From the NCBI RefSeq assembly GCF_006345805.1, contig NC_043002.1:53444001-53508000 (forward strand): 64,000 nt of DNA, written 5' to 3'. This document shows positions 15,471 through 27,121 of the stretch, piece by piece; the first letter of the stretch is position 1, and every line of letters begins with the position of its first letter. A program made the position numbers and the translations under genes. The stretch comes from Octopus sinensis (Eukaryota). The notes under the pieces were generated by a model. The model was given only the letters and a program-made list of their open reading frames with translations. It had not been told where the DNA came from and ran no database searches.

Positions 15471-16519
15471 CACTGATGAATATCAGCACAGATTGGTGAC
15501 GAAATCGATTAACAGGTGACTTACAAAAGAAGTCCATTGAGATAGTTGATCTGCATTTAGTCCGACACTTATTTATTCTCGCTTTTTGCGCTTGATTAAA
15601 AGACTGGTGATACCTAAGAATTATTTATTCTAAACCACACCAAGGAATAGGTGTTTCTCTTTATTTTTCCTTCCGGTTTCTTTCGCTACCACTTCAGAAA
15701 ATTATCGTGAAATATACTCCCGATAATGGTGTCCAAATATGGTAGAAACATGCCTGCTCTCGCGTCCAAAACTCGCCAATAATATGATATCCCTAATCGA
15801 CTAATATTTTATTCTAATCGAATATTTTATTCTTCTACTGATAACCACTTACTTAGCCCTAGTTATGCAGTTAACGTCGCAGAAATAGTTTTATTTGTAT
15901 TATAAAGTATAACTTTTTACCGAAGTTAGAAATCAATATTTCAATAACGTCCATTATGTCCTATGGTGCATGAATGCCGTAAAACCTCCTATTGTTTCCA
16001 TCAATGAGTTCTTAAAATTCTGTTACATGTTTTTGGCAGCAGTTCTAAAACATTGAAACCATTAGAGAATTGGTTATCTCTTTCGGTAGATTTCATGTAG
16101 AAAGATCAATGGAGATGTCTAGAAACTCCAAAAATATCACTAAGTTAATTACGATATATTTCACAAAAATTATTGTTAAAATGTTTTCTAGTAAAGCATC
16201 CAAATGTGTACAATCATTGCTGTGTGGTTAACATACACGTTTTGCAATCACGCGATTCTAGGTTCGATCCAAACGTGTAAAAAGATCCTCTCCCACGTAT
16301 TGTTTCCAGTGAGTGAATAGCAAGTTAACGATTTAATAGTAATTTTCGAAGCGTGGCTTTGGCCGTGTTGGCTGCTATTTCTAGCATGTAAAAATTACCT
16401 GTTAAAAGGTAATTTTCTCTTGTGTTTAAATGTACACTTTTTTAAAAATATGAATATGTTGTCTATTGATTATTTATACATGTTAGACTACTGGTAGTGA
16501 TATTTATAATGAATACTCG

Positions 16520-16567
<48 letters not shown>

Positions 16568-17369
16568 GGACCAAAATCCTTCAAAAGGATGCTAAGCATC
16601 CACGTCCACCGGTTCAATACATGCAAAGAATATATAAAAACTATATATTTAATATTGGAATAATTAATAAATGTATTATAAAGAAAGGAAAAAAATATAA
16701 GCATAGAGGATCGTATAATACACAGTTGAGAGAAATCCAATAAAGATTGCACAAGTTGTTTCCAAGTCTAACTACTTCCAAAAAAAAAAAAAACGAAAAA
16801 TAATCCTTTTGAAATCAAAATTAGGCTTTTCTTCGGGAATTTATTATTGGAATGAATGGGCTCGACCAACAAAAATATAAAGACAATAATGTACTGCTCC
16901 GTGATTGTAAGATCAAGGAAAATTCACCTAACCTGATGAGAGATACATATTATCGACGAACTCGTAAGGGATATCTAAGCAGTCTAAAGGCGTAATCGAA
17001 ATGGTAATAAGAACAAGGATAAGTGTATAGATCAAAACATGGATAGCTGTGATAAGATAATCTTAGATAAAATTAAGAAGCATACAATTAGTAACATTGA
17101 TAAAGAGAACTTACATATCCCTAATAAAAAAAAGTAACAATTGACACATAAACAACAATAGGGATCACACCAGAAATAATAGTAGAAGTAGATTTACAAC
17201 GACAAAATATCCTAATGAAATTAAGAATAATAATAAGAACATAGTACTGAACACATGTAATACGGTTAATATAAACTTTGATAAAACTAAGAAACATGCA
17301 AATAGGAACATTAATAAATACAAAGAATCTGGTGAGAGTAAGAACGATTCAAACAACCCCAACTCTAAT

Positions 17370-18519
17370 TCTAAGAAATTTATTAAGAAAGACATAATGT
17401 GGTTTAACATCCCTTTCAACTGTGCGGTTTTATCAGATATTCAGAGTAGATTCAAAACAATTCTAGAAAAGAATTTCCCATCCTCTCATAGATATCATAA
17501 AATTATTTCTAAAAAAACGGTCAGAATTTCTTATTCAACCCTCCCAAATATGTCCACTTTAATAGCCAAAATCAATAATAATAACATAAAACTAGCCAGG
17601 AAAAATTTAAACAATAGCAATAAAAATATAAATGAAAATTGTAATAACATTACTGAAAGTAATAATAGCCGCAATGATAATAATGAATATCATACAATAA
17701 GTATAACCAATAGCTATAGAATTGCTAGTAATAATAATAACACAAATAGGAATAATTATGTTAATAATACGAATAATACCAAGAATGTAAATACCGTGAA
17801 TGGAGACAACAATGTTATCTGCAATAACACTATACATTTAGAAACTAATACCGGCAACAATATTAACAGCACCAACAATATTAATAATGTAGGTAGGGTT
17901 ATAGAACCAAATGATAGTGTAAGAATACCGATAAATGATAATACTACTTTAGATAATAACATTAACTGCAATAATGATAACATTATTTTAGATAACAACA
18001 GTAACCAAAATTATGAAAAATATACTCGTAATGTTTCGAGTAACAGTAGTATGAGACTTCTATCCTCGAATTATTCCACATCAAATTATAATCCCCCTAG
18101 ATGTAACTATAGAATTAAATCAAAATGCCCGGCGCCTGGTTTATGCGGGTTAAATAACGTAATCTACAAATGCACCATAACCACAGATAATAACAAATAT
18201 ATTTATTTAGGATATACTATAACTTTTAGAAAACGCATTAGTAACCATCTATCCTCTTTCAGATTACGTCATAAAGCTGATAACACCACTCTTTCAAGTA
18301 AAATCTGGGAACTAAAAAACAATAATATTAAATAATTGGGAATTAGTTAGAAGAGCGATACCTTATAAAAATAGCAGAGTAGGTTGTCAACTTTGCTCCA
18401 TGGAAACATTTGAAATACTAATGTATAGAAAAAATAATGATATTTTATTGAACAGCAGGATTGAACTGGGTCCATCTTGTATCCACGCTAGGACTAAGAC
18501 TCTTAAATATTTTAAATGA
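17370..18519 (+). mobile_element. Penelope-like element 3' part with C-terminal GIY-YIG endonuclease (probably Hydra-type); RT core missing
   Basis: ORF 17397..18335 has WFNIPF..KNFPSSHRYHKI..VRISYSTLPN, a CxCx5Cx5C-like linker (CNYRIKSKCPAPGLC) and VIYKC..YLGYT..FRKRISNH. After a frameshift near 18333 the reading continues NWELVRRAIPY..CQLCSMETFEI..LLNSRIEL..CIH, with a stop at 18517-18519. Confidence 0.85.
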
Positions 18520-19654
18520 TATTTTAAATGATAACGGTATATATAAAAATCACTTTGAATAAAACATTACTCTTACATATTATATTATATATTTAATTAG
18601 ACAGCTACGATCTAATTAGCTATGATTATATTCTCTCTCTGACTATACTAGGTGATACTTATAGATATAAATTAATTGATTTAAAACTTCATTCTATTAG
18701 ACTATGTAGATAATTTAAATTATTTCTTTCTAATTTTTAGTCTATCTTAAGTAAACCTACTTATAGTAAATTAGTTAATTAAACTTCTTAGTTCTTTTAC
18801 ACTAATAACAAATTTTGCTAATCCCAAACCTATAATATAACGGTTTCATTAGGAAAAATAACTCTATTTCCTTTCTTCTGACCTCTTATTGTATCCCCAT
18901 AACCTGGCAATCTATTAATAGTAACATTAATAAATAAAGAAATAAATTAACTGACCTTCGTTCGAATTTTGCACCAAATACGCTAAGATGTTTTCCTATA
19001 GTAACAACCTTTGACCCCCCTTTTCACCTTCCCATTTCCTCTTTATATTGCAATTAATAGCAGTAGTTGGTCAAATTCAACATTCTTCCTTTAACTCTGT
19101 GGTTCTTGCAGATTTCTATAGCAGCCTGTTCGTCTCCACTATAAGACTGTTGCTACGCTTTTTCCTCGGATTATAACACAACAGTTTTCAGAAATTTCGC
19201 ACAAATGTATCCAAAATATCTTCACACAGCTTGAATCACACTTTACTATGAACTATATATGGACAAACACATATTCTGTGAGTACGATACCTCTCATCAG
19301 ATCTCCAGGAATCAAACTTTCTTCAATATGGATAAACTCACACCCTCACTTTCATCTTCACTTTCTGGAAAACTAAGCGGTTTTGAAAAAAGTTTTTAAA
19401 AAACCTGATATATGACTGTGTAATACTAATTGAACTTTTAGAAACCAATTTGTTATCTAAATCGCATTTTTATAGAACTTTCCATGATGTTTCACGAGTG
19501 TAACATTACCCCCTTTGATGTTTGGGAATCTCGGATGTTTTTTCGGCTGATGAGTACGAGTCACCTATATTTACTGCAATTTTTGTAGCCTTATTAAAGA
19601 TGTCTTCGTACGAAACAATTGTACCGATATATTGATCCATTCTTGTTGCTTTTT

Positions 19655-19693
<39 letters not shown>

Positions 19694-19748
19694 TACACTA
19701 CAAACGCACACATATGTGTATGTATATATATATATATATATATATATA

Positions 19749-20358
19749 ACGTTTTTACTTAGTATTTAAAAAAAAATTGGGGGGGAGGGGGACTATGTAT
19801 ATTCAATTTTTGTATATGCGTGTGTATATATACGTATATAAATATGTGCGGGTATGTACATATATGGCGTGTGTGTGTATGAGTGCATAGGGGCTTATCC
19901 GTATATGCTTTGTACACTTATGCTTTGTATACTTCCTTATGTTTTTTTCTGTTATCTTTAACCATGGTTTTTCTTGTGTCTGTGCGTATATAGACGTATG
20001 TATGAACTTTTACGGTACGCATGTGTGTGTGTATGAGTTTGTATATATATGCGTATATATTTGGCGAAAAATGCGAGTGAAGATATGTACGTTTTCATAG
20101 TGACGTATAAGTACGCACGTGGGTTCGCGAGCAGAATTATAATACAGTAATTTCCCTTTATATAACGGTATTTTTTCATACCGTTTTTCAGATGGCCAGA
20201 TAACCGAAGAGATGGTGTTGTGGATTTCCACTTCGGCATCTGAAACTCAGAGTTTTATCATGACTATTAAGTAATGTAGCATATTATTTTATAGATAAAT
20301 TTCTCTATTTACATAATATTGAGGTCTCTTTCTTTCTTTTGTCATCTTACCGTTTTTA

Positions 20359-20405
<47 letters not shown>

Positions 20406-21028
20406 TATATATATAGACGTTTTTACTTAGTATTTAAAAAAAAATTGGGGGGGAGGGGGACATATGTATATTCAATTTTTGTATATGCGTGTGTATATAT
20501 ACGTATATAAATATGTGCGGGTATGTACATATATGGGCGTGTGTGTGTATGAGTGCATAGGGGCTTATCCGTATATGCTTTGTACACTTATGCTTTGTAT
20601 ACTTCCTTATGTTTTTTTCTGTTATCTTTAACCATGGTTTTTCTTGTGTCTGTGCGTATATAGACGTATGTATGAACTTTTACGGTACGCATGTGTGTGT
20701 GTATGAGTTTGTATATATATGCGTATATATTTGGCGAAAAATGCGAGTGAAGATATGTACGTTTTCATAGTGACGTATAAGTACGCACGTGGGTTCGCGA
20801 GCAGAATTATAATACAGTAATTTCCCTTTATATAACGGTATTTTTTCATACCGTTTTTCAGATGGCCAGATAACCGAAGAGATGGTGTTGTGGATTTCCA
20901 CTTCGGCATCTGAAACTCAGAGTTTTATCATGACTATTAAGTAATGTAGCATATTATTTTATAGATAAATTTCTCTATTTACATAATATTGAGGTCTCTT
21001 TCTTTCTTTTGTCATCTTACCGTTTTTA

Positions 21029-21033
<5 letters not shown>
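19749..21033. repeat. Near-perfect tandem duplication, 670-bp period, with units separated and flanked by (TA)n
   Basis: Identical ORF pairs 19958..20239 / 20628..20909 and 20010..20231 / 20680..20901; I see only about two 1-bp differences outside the TA tracts. Confidence 0.95.
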
Positions 21034-21075
<42 letters not shown>

Positions 21076-21600
21076 TATATATATATGGGTATATATATAT
21101 GTGTGTGTGTTGTATGTATGTATGTTTGAATACGACGTTATGTACCCTCTCTGTTAGATAACGTTAAACGTCCAGACTTAGCAGAGCGTATCCTTTCCAG
21201 TTTGGGGCATAGGCGATCTCTTCCAGAAGGAGAGAAGGAGAGATAAGGAAGATAATGTTAGAGAAAGAGACGAATGGGCCTTGTAAGAGGACTGGTACTT
21301 ATTTATTCATCTCAAAGAGATGAAAGGGTAATTTGAACACGGTGTGGTTTGAAATTAGAAGTCAGTGGTTTGAAACGATTGCAAAAATAATCTACTAGTC
21401 ACTCTCATGGCTCTGTCAATAACGGCGACAGCAATTGTACATCACCTGAAGAAATACCACTGGATCCCATTATACAGGTAAATCGTTGCATAACTTAATT
21501 CCTGTTTATATGTAGATCAATGTATGGAAACATGTGTAGTGATCATTAAATAACGGTCTAACTGTACTCCTTGTTGACTATCATATTCAATCATATATAC

Positions 21601-21673
<73 letters not shown>

Positions 21674-22458
21674 TAATATATATACATATATACATATATA
21701 CACACACATATATAATATATATATGTATATATCTATCTTTATATTCATATGCATATATGTGTGTATATTTATATATATTGATATAGATATACATACACAG
21801 ACGCATATTATGCATCTCACTCCTTGTGTGTGTGTGTCTGTGTGTATTTATGCACACGCATACATATATTATAATACAGCATTTGGTTGTTTTCTTTATG
21901 ATGACAAATGCCCTTTAAACAAGCCGACAAGTCGAAATAGCAGACGCACATCTGTAAATAGAAACATTACCTTCTGTAAAGGAACATATGTCCGCTGAAA
22001 ATGATGAAATTTCATCTCTTGAAGACATTGCCGCTTGCGTTCTGCAGGAGTGCGTTTACTAATTATACATCAGCTTTGATGAGTGTTTAGATAATGTAAA
22101 GCAGTGTGCTAATAGTAATGTAATGGTGACTAAATACTCGAGAATGATCTGCTTAATGAGATTGTGTTGCCTAATTGAAAGTGTTAACCGTTATTCTAGT
22201 CATATTTATGAATAGTAAGTACCACCAGCTAATCATGAGACGAGAAGGGACAGTCCCTTGATAGTCATGTGAGTAGCTAGAAATAGCAACCGAAATCGCC
22301 CTAGATGCCACGCCTTGATTTTGAAGAAATGGGGAAACAAAAGAGACGTATTTGTAGCTGCAATGCTAAGCTCACCTAGAACTAAACAACAAGAAGGATA
22401 ACGGCAATGATAATATATCTAATACTACGAAAACAAGATCATGTGTGCGTCTTCTATA

Positions 22459-22905
<447 letters not shown>

Positions 22906-23934
22906 GAGATAGGAATAAGTTATGGAGAGAGAGAGAGCAACGGCTTGAATTTCGACAACGAATAATTACTAAATAGCATATAAGATAATTTTTTCACCAA
23001 TCCAGATCATCGCCCCGAGTGAATGTAAAGAATCACCGATCAGTAATTGAGACTGACTCTAAATAAGAATGGAAAATGATATGAGGAAATCAACAATTTT
23101 CTAGAATTATCATGCCAATAACTAAAAGGTACACTCTTTCTCTGGAGACAATATTTCCACCAAGATAAGCTTTTAGTAAACCCAATCCCCACTCGTTGCT
23201 ATCGTGTAGCCCTATAATAACTGACATATTAACTTTTACAGATGGGTTGTTGATCCGACGTAACTACAAATACGTTGTTCCAAATGCATAATACTTCTGG
23301 TTACTTGTGCTTGTTAAAAAGTTCTGGTAAAACCTCGAGAGGAGGAGAAGAGAAAAATGAAGTCAATCCGAGAACGGCTGCTGTTCCACTACATTTATTA
23401 TTGATAATACAAACGGATGTATCGAATTTCAGAGCGGTTGGGATTATTTATGTTGCTTCTATTTCCGTAATTTCGTAAATTTAACGTCATGTTTTATTTA
23501 CTGATATATTTCAACAAGTTTTTATATCTGCAGTTCACAGTTTGATATTAAGGAACTGGATTTGGAATTTTTCCATCCGGTCTTAATTAATAATTTTACA
23601 TGTTTTTTGTATTGTCACCGAGCAGTGTTATATAGTAGACTCCTATGACACTTGCACGTTTAAAATATCTCGAAGAATCACGCACATGTAACACTCTTTT
23701 ATCAAGCTATTCGTTTATCCTACATTTTTTAAAAATTAATCTAGCGCATCACTTGAGAGTATTTTGGTTACTACTTCTAGCAGGTCAGAGGCTGTGACAT
23801 TGGCACGACGTCTTGACGAGAAGTGGCCACGTTTAAGGAGAGAGAGTGAATACGATCATAGCGTGGCAGTTAACTCTTCGCGACTTGTTTTAGAGGTGTG
23901 CGTCTGAGTACAGCTTGGTGATGGTCGTGGTTGG

Positions 23935-24215
23935 GGAGCTGGCCACAGTAGTGGTTATGATATTAGGCTTACGATCGTCATGAATTCGATTCCTGGCGGC
24001 GCGTTGTTTCTTTGTGTAAAGCACTTTATTTCACGTTGCTCCAGTCCACTCAGCAGCCAAAAATAAGTTGTAACATTCGACGTCACATTCTGTGTCACGC
24101 TGAATCGCCCTGAGAACTACGTTAAGATTATGCGTGTCTGCAGAGTACTCGACCATTTGCACGTTAATTTCACCAGCAGATCAACTGGAATGCTTATCGC
24201 CGCAATCGACAGTGG
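23935..24215 (+). mobile_element. tRNA-derived SINE, third family (decayed)
   Basis: B-box-like gaattcgattcc followed by gcactttatttcacgttgctccagtccactcagc, a body distinct from families A and B. Confidence 0.5.
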
Positions 24216-26039
24216 ACCAGTAAAGCAGTGGTTATGGTGTTCTTGTTACCGTTGTGACAGTACTTGGGTAGTGATGCTATTGAGGCTGCATCAAACATTA
24301 TTTTTTTAACAATTCGAAAACTGAATGTTTTCGCTGTGAAGAAATGCCGCTTAGCGTTGTACACTTCACACTCTGAAAAAAGACTAAGGCTAGCGTCCGA
24401 AATTTTAATATTTTCCTTATTTTCACTATAATCAAACTGATTTGGCTTTCGATTTGTTTGTGCTCTGTTATTGCCAAATCAAACTAAGTTCCTCGTAATT
24501 CTATTATCTAACTCATTATTTTTAAACTATGTATTAAATTGTTTTGATGCATAGTTGGGAAACAATTTGATATATTGAAATTAGAGCTTATGGTTGAAAG
24601 TTTATTACACATAGTCGATCTCTTGTAACCTTTTAGATTCTAGATGTGAGATTGAAAACTATGAAATGTTTGATTGTCACAACTCTAAAGATTTATACAT
24701 AACCTGACGCTATAGAGAGGTCATTAACTTGCAGGTCAAGTTAATATCTGTTTATTTCCTTTTATATATCTATCATTTGTGTATATCAGTTATATATTTA
24801 TCATTTATATATTTATCTGTTGCCAACATTTTCTACACTGAGACTGGCATTCTACAGAGGTTTCTGAAGATCGATTACATATGATTGGCTTTTGTCAAGC
24901 TCGTTTCTCCTATAGCTTTTCTCTGTGGTAGTGCCGAGCACAAGATTGCCATGACTAAGAGCTGACACTTTTATCTTTGATAAAGCTTTAATCAAACTCC
25001 TGATATTCCACTTTTAAAGAAATCAAGAGCGGAAAGGAATGTACTGTCCTCCAGTAAATTTACTGAAAGGTGGCTAGATTGGCGAGGATGGTGTACGCGA
25101 AGCCACGTGAAGGGTATAGACTTAGTATGTTACTACAGAGAGGAGAACACGAATGAAAACGGCACTTACTCTTATTATTGAGGGTAAACTTGGATCTATT
25201 AAGTTTGCCTCATTGGTCCAACATGATTATCTCCCCTGTCATGGATTCCCGTTTCATTCTTTTCTATACTGTCGATCTTTATGTCTGCGTTTTCATAACC
25301 GATTCTGCGTAAACTCTCAACGTTTTATTTTCCCTAGTAATGCCACCACAGTGGTCTTGTCGACAAATAAAGAATGACTATTATCATTATCATTGCTATT
25401 GTAACATCGTCATCATATTTACTACATTCAGTTCGATTATGTTTATCATTTTGAAAATATAATCTAAAAACATTTAGAAACGTACAGCACATCAAACGAA
25501 TGAGATAAATTGCATTAGAACGGATATATTGACAACTAATCTTTGTATAGTTTAGCACAGTATCTCAGCGGGGAAAATGTAGAGGAGGGGGGTAAAGAAT
25601 AGATGGAAAATACATTCGGAGAGAGAGAGAGAGTGTGTGTGTGTGTGTGGGTCGGGAAAGTGAAAATGGAAAGTCAAAGATAAATCGGGAGAACGTGGAG
25701 GAAGAAAAAGAATAGGAATACAAATAGGAATATAAATGATGAAAGAGGAGGAATTGCCAAATACAATTGTATTTTATCGTTATTTCTTTGCTAAATAAAA
25801 TAGAATGGGAATAAGTAAAATATGTTATTAGTTTGTAGTATATGTGTATTGTCAAATAGGAAACATTGTATTCCATATAAATATTTTTTGTTCTCCATAT
25901 TATTTTACTGGGCTCAGTAATTCAACCGAGACTGTTCTGGGATAGCACATGCAGATAGGGTTTTGGCTGACACTCCGTAAACAGAGAATCGATATGGGTA
26001 GAAAATGATCTTGCCAATATGTATGTATATATATGTTGG

Positions 26040-26225
26040 ACCGTTGAACTCAGCATATTTTTCCTCTCTCCGTATTTTTTAATTCTTTTTTCCTCTTAAT
26101 CCTATCTGTCGAAGAGCGTAGGCTCGAATTATAAACTACATTTCCATTCTTCCCGAGCATTAAACTAATACACTTGTTTGTTGTTTGTTCATCTGTCTTC
26201 GTCTTTAGTTTTATGTAATTGACCA
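26040..26225 (+). mobile_element. Decayed relative of the hammerhead repeat family
   Basis: ctgtcgaagagcgtaggctcgaatt (26106-26130) followed by cccgagcattaaactaatac..ttgtttgttg parallels the minus-strand units at 13032-13480; preceded by a short TA-rich tract. Confidence 0.55.
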
Positions 26226-26593
26226 TCACATATATTCCATCACATATATTCCTGTATATTTCAAACCACGCTTTTTCCCAACTCGTGAGTAGACGTTTCC
26301 TTAACCACAAACTATTTTCATAATTTTCAAACGACCAAATATTTTCAAACACCTTCTGATAACTAAAGGATCACCCACACATTAAAAATTAGAAAAAGAG
26401 GGAAAAAAAAGAAAAGAAAAGAAAGATAAAATAACTACAAGCTCATAATTCAAATACAAACTTCTCAGTATTACAGCAAACATTCTGTACAATCAATTCT
26501 ACATACTTCTCCTTAAAAAAAAAATAATAATAATTAAAAGTAATCAACAAAACAAACGAACAAAATAAAATTTAATAAAACATATCAACCAGA

Positions 26594-27121
26594 ATGGCTA
26601 GCCACCAAAAATCCAACAAAAACTGGTCTGATAATGAAGTCGACGTTCTTATCAACACATGGCATGGCCTTACCGAAACAGAGAGCATAGGTGCTTCGTA
26701 TCTGAACGAAATTGCTAAACGAGCAGTTCACCATTTGCAAACTCGATCTGAACAGCAGATACAAAATAAATTAAAACAAATCGAAGTTGCTTTTAAATTA
26801 ATAAATAAACACTTCGATAAACTGAGATGTGTTTTCTCTTCGAACGCATCACCGGCGCAACAACAACAACAACAACCTCAACAACAACAAACTCAGCGGC
26901 AACAACAACAACAACAGCTACAGCAACAACAACAGATACAGCAACAACAACAGGATGAACCACTCCTCGATTCATCTACAATGGCAGATTTGCTAAACGA
27001 AACGATTGACCCCCCCAGTCATCAGGGTCACACAGCAGGAAGCACCACCCCTTCCTTTCACTGCCCCAGCAGCTCAATCATCATCAGTGTCAACACCATC
27101 TCCTCTGCTTACTACTACTAG
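26594..27121 (+). CDS. LINE ORF1 N-terminus: Myb/SANT-like (trihelix-type) domain + polyQ; the last ~35 codons are probably out of frame
   Basis: WSDNEVDVLINTW..IAKR..TRSEQQIQNKLKQIE..F..HFDKL pattern, then CAA/CAG polyQ. Removing one C from the C7 run at ~27010-27016 joins it to the long ORF. Confidence 0.7.
   Translation: MASHQKSNKNWSDNEVDVLINTWHGLTETESIGASYLNEIAKRAVHHLQTRSEQQIQNKLKQIEVAFKLINKHFDKLRCVFSSNASPAQQQQQQPQQQQTQRQQQQQQLQQQQQIQQQQQDEPLLDSSTMADLLNETIDPPSHQGHTAGSTTPSFHCPSSSIIISVNTISSAYYY

Noticed and set aside
17397-18519. Selenocysteine-recoding (Naiad-type) Penelope element
   Set aside because: The endonuclease is C-terminal rather than N-terminal, and the break at 18333 is a TAA with a frameshift, not an in-frame TGA.
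19275-19300. Minus-strand CTGATGA-GAG..CTC hammerhead-like start
   Set aside because: No GAAA or cleavage triplet follows stem II.
19506-19694. Protein-like minus-strand ORF (MDQYIGTIVSYEDIFNKA..)
   Set aside because: No recognisable motif, and the putative acceptor lies in a TA tract without a pyrimidine tract.
27006-27020. Programmed +1 ribosomal frameshift at the C7 run
   Set aside because: No stimulatory signal is evident, and a second homopolymer slip at ~30645 makes sequencing error or mutation the simpler explanation.
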